A stretch of 63,979 nucleotides of DNA from Candidatus Microgenomates bacterium (GTDB lineage Bacteria > Patescibacteriota > Microgenomatia > UBA1400 > UBA12108): contig QEVC01000003.1 of the NCBI GenBank assembly GCA_003576945.1, forward strand, positions 391 to 64,369. The letters run 5' to 3'. Of this stretch, positions 39,788 through 48,342 are shown piece by piece; the stretch's first letter is position 1, and each line of letters opens with the position of its first letter. The translations under genes were made by a program, and so were the position numbers. The notes beneath the pieces were generated by a model that was given only the letters and a program-made list of their open reading frames with translations, was not told the origin of the DNA and did not search any database.

Positions 39788-41011
39788 ATGACAAATAATA
39801 TCACAAAACATCAAAATATACCTATCCTCCGCTTCCCTGGATTTTCAGATCCATGGACAGAAAAGAAGCTTGGAACTCTATCTGATGTCAGAGATGGAAC
39901 ACATGATTCACCAAAATATCACAACAAAGGATATCCTCTCATAACATCTAGAAATCTAAAGACTGACGGTTCAATAGACTTTGACAACGTCAACCTGATT
40001 GCCCTTGAAGATTTTATGAAAATAAATAAACGATCCAAAGTCGATATTGGAGACATATTGTTCGGAATGATTGGGACCATTGGAAACCCTGTTCTAATAA
40101 GACATGATAATTTTGCAATAAAAAACGTTGCTTTAATCAAAGAAAAACAAGACTTAATAAACAAGTATTTATTTCAGTATCTCAAGAGTAGCTATATAGA
40201 TAAAAAGTTCTATCAGAAAAATGCAGGAGGTACACAAAAATTTATTGCATTAGGCTTAATAAGAGATTTAGGTATACCCACCCCATCTCTCCCAGAACAA
40301 CAAAAAATCGCAGACTTTCTCTCCTCTATCGATTCCTGGCTCGACAACTTACGAGCTCAAAAATCTTTTCTAGAATCATACAAAAAATCCATCATGCAAA
40401 AAATCTTCTCACAGAAGATTCGATTCAAGGATGAAAATGGCAAGGATTATCCTGAGTGGGAAGAGAAGAAAATAGATCAGTTGGGTGATGTCATAGGAGG
40501 AGGTACCCCTGATACTTCAATGTCATCCAATTGGAATGGAGATATAGATTGGTTTACTCCTACTGAAATTAAGGATAAATATATATATGATAGTAAAAGG
40601 AAAATTACTAAGACTGGTCTAAAAACTTCTTCAGCTCGAATACTTCCCCCTGGCTCGCTACTACTTACTTCTCGAGCTACTATTGGATATGTTTCAATAT
40701 CAAGAAAAGAATCGACAACCAATCAAGGGTTTCAGTCAATTGTTGTTAACTCTTATAACTCTAATGAATTTCTATACTACTGGATTACAGCGAATCGAAA
40801 TATGCTTTTAAGAAAGGCAAACGGATCTACATTTCTAGAAATATCAGGTAAAGACGTCAGAAAAACGATAGTTAATACACCTTGTCTGCCCGAACAGCAT
40901 AGAATTGCTGATTTTTTGACTTCAATAGATAAAAGCATAGACTTCAAGCAAAAACAAATTGCAGAGGCAGAGCTTTGGAAAAAAGGATTAATGCAAAGGA
41001 TGCTTGTATGA
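39788..41011 (+). CDS. hsdS: Type I R-M specificity subunit (two TRDs)
   Basis: PILRFPGF..WTEKKLG, two P-x-L-P-EQ-x-[KR]-IADFL conserved regions, KKGLMQRML end. Confidence 0.95.
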   Translation: MTNNITKHQNIPILRFPGFSDPWTEKKLGTLSDVRDGTHDSPKYHNKGYPLITSRNLKTDGSIDFDNVNLIALEDFMKINKRSKVDIGDILFGMIGTIGNPVLIRHDNFAIKNVALIKEKQDLINKYLFQYLKSSYIDKKFYQKNAGGTQKFIALGLIRDLGIPTPSLPEQQKIADFLSSIDSWLDNLRAQKSFLESYKKSIMQKIFSQKIRFKDENGKDYPEWEEKKIDQLGDVIGGGTPDTSMSSNWNGDIDWFTPTEIKDKYIYDSKRKITKTGLKTSSARILPPGSLLLTSRATIGYVSISRKESTTNQGFQSIVVNSYNSNEFLYYWITANRNMLLRKANGSTFLEISGKDVRKTIVNTPCLPEQHRIADFLTSIDKSIDFKQKQIAEAELWKKGLMQRMLV

Positions 41012-41832
41012 TAACTGATACAAATAGCATCTATGACTCATTGTCTCCCAGATATATGGTGGGGTTAATAAACCAGATAGAAGAGACATTATGGCGCGTA
41101 TTCGAGAAATCGAAGTATAAAAACGTACGACATTACATAAACAAGTGGCATAGGCATGAAGAAAACTATAATGATTACTGGGAAAACTTTAGAATTTTTT
41201 ATACTGATGAGGAAAAAAAGCAAATAGATCTAGGTGAAACTCTACACAATATGCCGAATGAAATAATCATCAGGATTGCAACTGATTTAGGAATAGATAC
41301 GCCAGGGTTTCTTCCAGTAGTAACTACCTTTAGAAATGTGCTCAATGATAAAAATTCAAACGCTCACGAAAGCTTTAGTAGAGCAATAATGAATGTGTAT
41401 GAAAACCCACATGATTCAATTAGTTTGGCAAATTCAACATTAGAAGCAATCATAAAAACATTACTTGAAGGTAATTTGATTAGCTCTGTAGACTTCAACC
41501 CAAAAGATACTTTATATCAACAAACCTCAGCAATTTTGAAGAAATTAAGCATGTTTCCAACTAAAAGTGATAAGTATCAGGAGATAATTAAAATTGGCAG
41601 CTCACTGCTGACAATAAGTCAAAACATTGAAACTTTGCGTAGCACCAAGACTGATGCTCATGGTCGAATGCCAAAAGATCTTGTCTTGTCAGACAGTATA
41701 GGAGCTGTCTTTATAGTCAACTCCGTTGCTACTGTAGGAGTATTTTTAGCCAACCTTTTTGAGGTCAAGTATCCTGACAAGGTAGAATCAAATCAAGTTA
41801 ATGATATTAACATAGAAGATATACCATTTTAG
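41008..41832 (+). CDS. Abortive-infection Abi_C-domain-like protein
   Basis: SISLANSTLEAIIKTLL...IETLRSTKTDAHGR pattern; ATGA-coupled to the hsdS stop. Confidence 0.7.
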   Translation: MITDTNSIYDSLSPRYMVGLINQIEETLWRVFEKSKYKNVRHYINKWHRHEENYNDYWENFRIFYTDEEKKQIDLGETLHNMPNEIIIRIATDLGIDTPGFLPVVTTFRNVLNDKNSNAHESFSRAIMNVYENPHDSISLANSTLEAIIKTLLEGNLISSVDFNPKDTLYQQTSAILKKLSMFPTKSDKYQEIIKIGSSLLTISQNIETLRSTKTDAHGRMPKDLVLSDSIGAVFIVNSVATVGVFLANLFEVKYPDKVESNQVNDINIEDIPF

Positions 41833-41834
41833 TT

Positions 41835-44633
41835 ATGACCCACCAATCCGAACAACAACTAGAGTCGACCTTGATTAAACAGCTACAATTTCTGGGCTTT
41901 ACTCCCGTAGTCATCAAGGACACTGAAGCATTGATTACTAACCTACGGTCAAAAATAGATAAATTTAACGGCATCACCCTCTCAGACGGCGAGTTTGCCA
42001 GGGTCATGAACCACCTAAACAAGGGCGATAGATTTCAAAAGGCCAAAATTTTGCGTGACTGGTATGCTCTAAAGAGAGATGACGAAACAACTAAATTTAT
42101 CCAATTCTTTAACATGGATCAGTGGTGCAAAAACGAGTACCAGGTTGCCCAGCAGATTAACCAGGTAGGAAAGTATGAGAATCGCTACGACGTGACACTC
42201 CTCATCAACGGCTTGCCACTGGTCCAAATAGAGCTAAAGCGTCGTGGCGTGGAAATGAAAGAAGCATTTAATCAGATCCAGCGCTACCACAAACACTCGT
42301 TCACAGGCACACTCTTTGAGTACGTCCAAATCTTTGTAATCAGTAACGGGGTCAACACTAAATACTTCTCCAATAATCCTAACCAGTCATTTGAGCAGAC
42401 CTTCTACTGGACCGACGAAAACAATATCAAGATAACCCAGCTCGAAAAGTTCACCGATGCGTTCCTAGAAAAGTGTGCGATCTCCAAGATGATCGCCGAA
42501 TATATAGTCCTTGCCGAGTCACTCAAAATCCCCATGGTATTGCGACCTTACCAATACTACGCCGTCAAAGCGATCGAGAAGCGAGTTCTCGAATCAGATA
42601 AAAATGGCTATATCTGGCACACTACTGGATCAGGCAAGACGCTTACTTCATACAAAGCTAGTCAGGTGCTCTCAAGACTCCCCGAAGTCAAAAAAATCTT
42701 GTTCGTAGTCGATCGCAAAGACCTAGATATCCAAACTACCAAAGAATTTAACTCTTTCTCTGACGGGTCAGTCGACGGCACCAACTACACCAGGAACCTG
42801 ATATCTCAACTCAAGGACAAAAATCGCAAGCTAATTGTAACTACTATTCAGAAGCTCGACATTGCCATAGGACACGAGAATTATCTCAAGCAATTTGACT
42901 ATCTAGAAAACGAAAAAGTCGTGATTATTTTTGACGAGTGTCACCGGAGCCAGTTTGGGACTACTCACGCCAGAATCAAAGGTTTTTTCAAGAAAGGTCA
43001 AATCTTTGGTTTTACCGGGACTCCAATATTTGCCGAGAACAATGTGGGGGGCGTCACAACAGTAGATGTGTTTGACAAATGTCTGCACAAATACATTATC
43101 ACGAATGCAATCTCAGACAATAACGTGCTTGGGTTTGCGGTTGAGTATGTGGGCAAATATCGGCAACGTCATCCTGAGACGCGTCACACCGACAACTTTG
43201 ATGAAGTAATGGTCGAGGGCATAGATACCAAAGAAGTCCTCGAAAGCGAAGATCGTCTCAACAAAATCACAGATTATGTACTAGGGGACTGGAAACGAAA
43301 AACTAAGTCAGGAAAGTTTAACGCCATATTTGCGGTCACGAGTGTCGAGGTGCTCAAAAAATATTACGCGCTCTTCATGGCCAAAAAACCAGATAACTTC
43401 ACTATTGCCACAATTTTTACATATCATGCCAACGAAGATGAAAGCGGTGACATGCTAGATGTAGACGTATTCGCAGGTGAGGGGACTGCAGGAAATATTC
43501 ACTCGAGAGATTTCCTAGAGAAATGTATTAAAGACTATAACCAAACCTACTCCACTAACTTCTCTACGGATCGCTTTTACGACTACTATCGCAATCTCCA
43601 GCAAAGGATTAAGGACAAGCAGGTTGATCTAGTTCTAGTAGTCAACATGTTTCTCACGGGCTTTGACAGTCCTAGGCTAAATACGCTGTACGTAGATAAG
43701 AACCTTCGTTATCACGGACTAATTCAGGCATATTCTCGGACCAATAGACTACTCAACTCAGACAAACCTCATGGCAATATCATTTCTTTTCGCAATCTCA
43801 AAGAAGCAACTGATGCAGCGCTAAGACTATTCGGCGATGAGAACGCCAAAGAAGTAGTCTTCAAAAAGCCCTATGATGAACAGAAGATAGAGTTTGAGAC
43901 CAAATTAACTGAACTCCGCACTCAGGTTCCTACGACCGAGTCGGTAGATACACTTAAAGGTGAAGAAGAGAGGGCCACTTTTGTAAAAACATTTCGTGAT
44001 CTCCTACGCATCAAATCCACTCTTGAGACTTTTGCTGATTTCACCTTTAGCGATGTGGGAATCAGTGAGCAAGAATTTTATGATTATCAAAGTAAATATC
44101 TAGACATCTACGAAGATCGCAAAAAGAACACCAGAGAAGTTGAGTCTATCCTAGATCAGATCGATTTTGAGATCGAACTCACAGTCAGAGACATTATTAA
44201 CTTTGATTACATCATCACCTTGATAGCAGGACTCAAGAATATAAGCTCCGACAAACTTCGCCACAAGAAAGTAGAGGAGATACTCCATATCTTTGATCGC
44301 GACGTGCAACTTAGAAAGAAAAAGGAATTGATCAAGAAATTTATAGAAGAGAATCTTCCTAGCATCGACAAGTCAGAAAGCGTAGAGAAGGTCTTTGGCG
44401 AGTTTTGGACGCGAGAGAGGACACAGGTTCTCAAAAAACTCGCAGAAAGCGAGAATATCCCAACAGAAAAAATAGAGCACTTGATTGACGAGTACCTCTA
44501 CTCTAATAAAATGCCTCGAGAGCAAGATATAGCCGATATGCTACCTTTACAACCACCCATACGAGAGCGAAGTAGTATTTTAGGTAGAATACAGCGCGCT
44601 ATTGAGAACATAGTTGAAATGTTCGAGTGGTAA
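41835..44633 (+). CDS. hsdR: Type I R-M restriction subunit
   Basis: RYDVTLLINGLPLVQIELKR nuclease motif, HTTGSGKT, DECHRS, FGFTGTP, MFLTGFD, QAYSRTNR. Confidence 0.97.
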   Translation: MTHQSEQQLESTLIKQLQFLGFTPVVIKDTEALITNLRSKIDKFNGITLSDGEFARVMNHLNKGDRFQKAKILRDWYALKRDDETTKFIQFFNMDQWCKNEYQVAQQINQVGKYENRYDVTLLINGLPLVQIELKRRGVEMKEAFNQIQRYHKHSFTGTLFEYVQIFVISNGVNTKYFSNNPNQSFEQTFYWTDENNIKITQLEKFTDAFLEKCAISKMIAEYIVLAESLKIPMVLRPYQYYAVKAIEKRVLESDKNGYIWHTTGSGKTLTSYKASQVLSRLPEVKKILFVVDRKDLDIQTTKEFNSFSDGSVDGTNYTRNLISQLKDKNRKLIVTTIQKLDIAIGHENYLKQFDYLENEKVVIIFDECHRSQFGTTHARIKGFFKKGQIFGFTGTPIFAENNVGGVTTVDVFDKCLHKYIITNAISDNNVLGFAVEYVGKYRQRHPETRHTDNFDEVMVEGIDTKEVLESEDRLNKITDYVLGDWKRKTKSGKFNAIFAVTSVEVLKKYYALFMAKKPDNFTIATIFTYHANEDESGDMLDVDVFAGEGTAGNIHSRDFLEKCIKDYNQTYSTNFSTDRFYDYYRNLQQRIKDKQVDLVLVVNMFLTGFDSPRLNTLYVDKNLRYHGLIQAYSRTNRLLNSDKPHGNIISFRNLKEATDAALRLFGDENAKEVVFKKPYDEQKIEFETKLTELRTQVPTTESVDTLKGEEERATFVKTFRDLLRIKSTLETFADFTFSDVGISEQEFYDYQSKYLDIYEDRKKNTREVESILDQIDFEIELTVRDIINFDYIITLIAGLKNISSDKLRHKKVEEILHIFDRDVQLRKKKELIKKFIEENLPSIDKSESVEKVFGEFWTRERTQVLKKLAESENIPTEKIEHLIDEYLYSNKMPREQDIADMLPLQPPIRERSSILGRIQRAIENIVEMFEW

Positions 44634-44719
44634 TATCCTCTGTCCATGTATATGGGAGGAGAACATAGGTCACCATATCATGATTCTGAGTGTGGGGATA
44701 AAGCTTTAATAATTCCATC

Positions 44720-45040
44720 TCATTCCTCAAGACCATCCATATTCCCATACATACCGTTGATAAACCCAGAACGCATCAAGTTGACCTGAGTAATGATGTG
44801 GTTGGCAATTTCATCTGGACTAGCATTGACATAATTGTGTACTCCGGGTAACTTCTTATAAGCCTCTATCATCAGGGATCTCACTTCAGGATCTTCTAGT
44901 AGTTGTGTGGCTCCGACCCTAAGCTCCTCTTCTGTAAAGCCTACCATTTCCATATGTTTTAAGTGATCGTCTGGTATACCTTTAGCCGCAGCAAAACCTG
45001 CCAAGTGCTTTATCGCTAGTTTTCTCATCTCAATAGTCAT
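44720..45040 (-). CDS. Hypothetical protein
   Basis: ATG at 45040 preceded by TATACT (8-nt spacer); 106 aa. Confidence 0.55.
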   Translation of the reverse strand: MTIEMRKLAIKHLAGFAAAKGIPDDHLKHMEMVGFTEEELRVGATQLLEDPEVRSLMIEAYKKLPGVHNYVNASPDEIANHIITQVNLMRSGFINGMYGNMDGLEE

Positions 45041-45152
45041 AGTGTGGGAGTATACCATACTATAAGACATGCGTCGTTAGAAAAAGTATTCTTAGGTTAC
45101 CACTACCCAATTCTGTTATAGTGATTATATCAACTAATATAAAAGGACTATT

Positions 45153-45596
45153 ATGAAAACCTATTCTGATCAGCTCGACAAAATCCTTACAGAATACTTA
45201 GTCAAAAAAGCTCCCATTCTCCCCAAATCTGTCAAAAACTTTCTCGTTAGCGTCGCTCCTTACTTTGCTCTCCTCGGTGCCATCCTCGGAATACCCGCAC
45301 TCCTCGCCGTTTTTGGACTCGGGGCAGTTATGAATCCATTTGCCTTTGTCGCCGGCGCCCGTACCGGGATCTTTTGGCTCTACTGGCTGACTGGTGGGGT
45401 ACAAGTAGTCCTCTCAGCCCTCGCGATCAAACCGCTCTTTGCCCGTCGCGCGCACGGATGGAGACTCATGTACTACTCTCAGCTACTCTCTGTAATCCTC
45501 CTAGTCCGTGGTCTCTCCCTCGGCTCTCTTGTAATGACCATCCTCTCTTTCTACATCCTCTATCAGGTCAAAGCTAGCTACGGTGCCAAAAAATAA
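45153..45596 (+). CDS. Hypothetical multi-pass membrane protein
   Basis: Three to four hydrophobic segments; AAAAGGA upstream. Confidence 0.7.
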   Translation: MKTYSDQLDKILTEYLVKKAPILPKSVKNFLVSVAPYFALLGAILGIPALLAVFGLGAVMNPFAFVAGARTGIFWLYWLTGGVQVVLSALAIKPLFARRAHGWRLMYYSQLLSVILLVRGLSLGSLVMTILSFYILYQVKASYGAKK

Positions 45597-45597
45597 C

Positions 45598-45936
45598 CTA
45601 CTCTTTCGGCTTATTTTTACGAGCCTCTATCTTCGCGAGCGTTCTCTTTACATACTCATCTAGGTTGATATCTTTAATCCTCGCAAACCGGAGGATTGTT
45701 ACTACTAGATCTCCGAGTTCTTGCTCATACGTTTCATCACGTTGTGCGGCCTTATTATTTGGTTTACGCCCGTGCTCTGCTAGGTAAGCCCGCGCGATCT
45801 CGCCCACTTCTTCGACTAGCGAGAGGATCAGGATCGAACCGTACTCTTGCGAGTATCTCCGACCCCGATCAATCCGCGACAACGCATTAAAGTAATCTGC
45901 AAATGGTGATTTGTGGTGTATTCTTTTCTTTGTCAT
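45598..45936 (-). CDS. MazG-like nucleotide pyrophosphohydrolase
   Basis: LVEEVGEIA...ELGDL; TATAAT 6 nt before ATG 45936. Confidence 0.85.
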   Translation of the reverse strand: MTKKRIHHKSPFADYFNALSRIDRGRRYSQEYGSILILSLVEEVGEIARAYLAEHGRKPNNKAAQRDETYEQELGDLVVTILRFARIKDINLDEYVKRTLAKIEARKNKPKE

Positions 45937-45975
45937 AGACTCATTATACGCGACCCGCGCTACAATATGCTCGGC

Positions 45976-46253
45976 ATGCAAAAAATACGTCTCTCGATCT
46001 CGCCGACTCTTTCGCTACTTGGCACAACAACTACTTCCTCACCAACATCTTGCGTGAGGGTGGGATAGCAGGAGAGATTATCGATCAGGAGTTGCGGGGA
46101 GTCGTAATGATCGCTACCTTTCGTAGTCATGGTCATTTTGCACCTAGTCGTATGAGGCGGGTGTTAGCTGAGTATCTAGGTGTTCAGGACATCCAGATCC
46201 AGATAAACAAAAAGGGGAACAGTCTCTACTCTGTTGTCTTTCCCATCCGATAA
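45976..46253 (+). pseudogene. Small hypothetical gene, apparently frameshifted in an A6 run near its start
   Basis: TACAAT (45961) and ATG 45976 are out of frame by one base with the open frame ending at 46253. Confidence 0.35.
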
Positions 46254-46254
46254 G

Positions 46255-46866
46255 TTACAACTTCCTCAGAGTCGTAGTACGACTCAGACCAAAGTAAATA
46301 AGCAACATTGCAATTAGTAGTATGCCAAAATACATCGAAAATGTTTTTGCACTTAGCAGGTTTATCATCATACCTATTCCAGTGGCAAAGATCACATATG
46401 GAATATTACGAATTAGTGAGTAGGTAGATAGGGTAGTCGCTCTATATCTTGATTCGATCACGGTATTTAACCGTACAGAAGTAAAGTTGTCGTAAACTGT
46501 TTGCGCAGCATATCTCACAAATAGTAAAGCTATTCCTAATAGTAGACCTGCAACAGGCATCAGGATTAAGGTAATGAGATAAATCGCGACTAGCATTAGA
46601 TAAAGTATTTTTGAATTAGTTAATTTCAGTATTTTTTCTGTGTTCTCTGAGAAAACTACCCCTACCATAAATAGGACTGATGCGTAGATCCCCAGCTGCA
46701 CGCTATTGAGGCCCAGCTCCACTGCCGTAGCGTCACTTAGCACATTCTCAGTAGCTACCATAAATGCACTAGGTATCAGAAGAGCTATTACTATTCTTCT
46801 TATCTCTAAATTAGCAAATAGCTGTCCAAAACCAGCTTCTCCACAAAAATGACAAAATATATGCAG
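46255..46866 (-). pseudogene. C-terminal half of an MFS transporter (5'-truncated)
   Basis: About six TM segments and the IESRYRATTLS motif. The frame is closed upstream by TAA at 46869, so the N-terminal half is absent. Confidence 0.65.
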
Positions 46867-46966
46867 TTACAACGTTATTCATACTGGTTATTGTATCAAT
46901 ACCTCTATATTTGTGATACAAATAACTAAGTATTAATAAAATAAAAAAGGAAGTAAAAGGAAGTAT

Positions 46967-47245
46967 ATGCCTGCCAAAAAAGCAACAAAGAAAAAACCAA
47001 TCATCAGCAAGAAACAACAGGAAGAATTTAAAGTTGAAGGTAAAAAAGTCGTCAGCAAAGTAAAGCAGTTAATCAAAGAGGGTAATGTCCGAAAAATTAC
47101 TGTCAAAGACAGTAAGGGCAAAGTTATTATGGCTATCCCCGTCACCGTTGGCGTAGTTGGCGCGCTCCTCCTCCCTCCACTCGTCGTCCTCGGCGCCCTC
47201 GTCGCTATGATCTCTGAGTGTACTATCACCGTCGATCGAAAATAA
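46967..47245 (+). CDS. DUF4342-domain protein
   Basis: EEFKV.G..VV.KVKQLIKEGNVRKITVK...IPVTVGVVG. Confidence 0.8.
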   Translation: MPAKKATKKKPIISKKQQEEFKVEGKKVVSKVKQLIKEGNVRKITVKDSKGKVIMAIPVTVGVVGALLLPPLVVLGALVAMISECTITVDRK

Positions 47246-47270
47246 CAATAATTAGGCTGACGATTACTAT

Positions 47271-48269
47271 TTATTTCTTTTTAGTCACGAGCTTTTTTGT
47301 ACGAAGCCACAACCAGCGAAGGTTATCCATGACAGTATATAGGTGGTATAACATTGGTTTTGCAACATAATCCCATGTACCGATGTACTCTACGTGCCTC
47401 GCTCCATAGCCTGATTTGAATGTGTGAAAGCCATACCAGGGATCATTTTTATCAGGCTCTGGTCCTAGCGCTCCCCACATATCAAGAGTATTACATCCCC
47501 ACTTTTTGGCGAGTTTTATCGCCTCCCACATCACTAGGTTGTTAGCCATTACCTCGCGGTGTTCCCGCGTGCTCGCTCCATACGGATAGTAAAGAGTTTC
47601 TTTAAATCTAAATAATATCCAAGTAGTAATCACTTGCCCTTCGTATCTTGCCACCAATAGATGTGCGCTCAGCTGACCTGCGGAATCGCTGGCCTGCCGA
47701 CCAAGTGTCTCCCACATCTTTCGGTGATAACTGGAGCTATGTGCATAAAAACCCTGCCTCTCAGTAGTTTCTTTGGTGAGTGCTAGGTATCGTTCAAAAT
47801 CCGCTGTCATATCTGATAGCTCTACAGTCACACCACGCTTCTGAGCCACCTTGATGTTGTATCTCGTTTTTTGTTTAAACGAAGACAGTAGCTCTTCTTC
47901 GCTCTTACTTACGTCCAGCACAAAATTGTACTTAGTGAATAGCGGTCGACCTGGAACAAACCCCAAACGCAGAAGCTCTTTTTTCAACTTTTCACTCGGT
48001 GCTTTTGACTCAATCTTGGGTTCACACTTAATGAAAATACAATTATTCTCTCTCGCTACTTTCTTTATTGCCTCTACTTGTTCGCGGCTCACTTCGCTTC
48101 CTTTAGGATAATAGCCAACCGTCCAGGGTGTATGGGGGATAGGGTGGATCGTAATCTGCATACCCTTCGCTCTCACTACGGCAATTCCCGTCGCCTCCCG
48201 AAACTCTCCCCATTCCCATGCTTGTAGTGGATGATCTACTTGTTTGTTCCAAGCCAATTTCTCATTCAT
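47271..48269 (-). CDS. FemABX-family lipid II peptidyltransferase
   Basis: HPLQAWEWGEFR, KTRYNIKVAQKRGV, LVMWEAIKLAK, FKSGYG. Confidence 0.9.
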   Translation of the reverse strand: MNEKLAWNKQVDHPLQAWEWGEFREATGIAVVRAKGMQITIHPIPHTPWTVGYYPKGSEVSREQVEAIKKVARENNCIFIKCEPKIESKAPSEKLKKELLRLGFVPGRPLFTKYNFVLDVSKSEEELLSSFKQKTRYNIKVAQKRGVTVELSDMTADFERYLALTKETTERQGFYAHSSSYHRKMWETLGRQASDSAGQLSAHLLVARYEGQVITTWILFRFKETLYYPYGASTREHREVMANNLVMWEAIKLAKKWGCNTLDMWGALGPEPDKNDPWYGFHTFKSGYGARHVEYIGTWDYVAKPMLYHLYTVMDNLRWLWLRTKKLVTKKK

Positions 48270-48280
48270 GAGATTATTCT

Positions 48281-48342
48281 ATCTGATTCTCCGATTATCT
48301 GATAATTCTGAGAATCTGAGTTTTCTGGTTGTCCGAGACTCT
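48281..48342. repeat. Degenerate 8-9-nt tandem array (CTGA/CCGA units), copy 1
   Basis: Contains TCTGAGTTTTCTGGTTGTC (48315-48333), identical to 48525-48543. Confidence 0.7.

Noticed and set aside
39788-41011. Possible invertible or shufflon hsdS
   Set aside because: Only one hsdS, with no inverted repeats, silent TRD cassettes or recombinase nearby.
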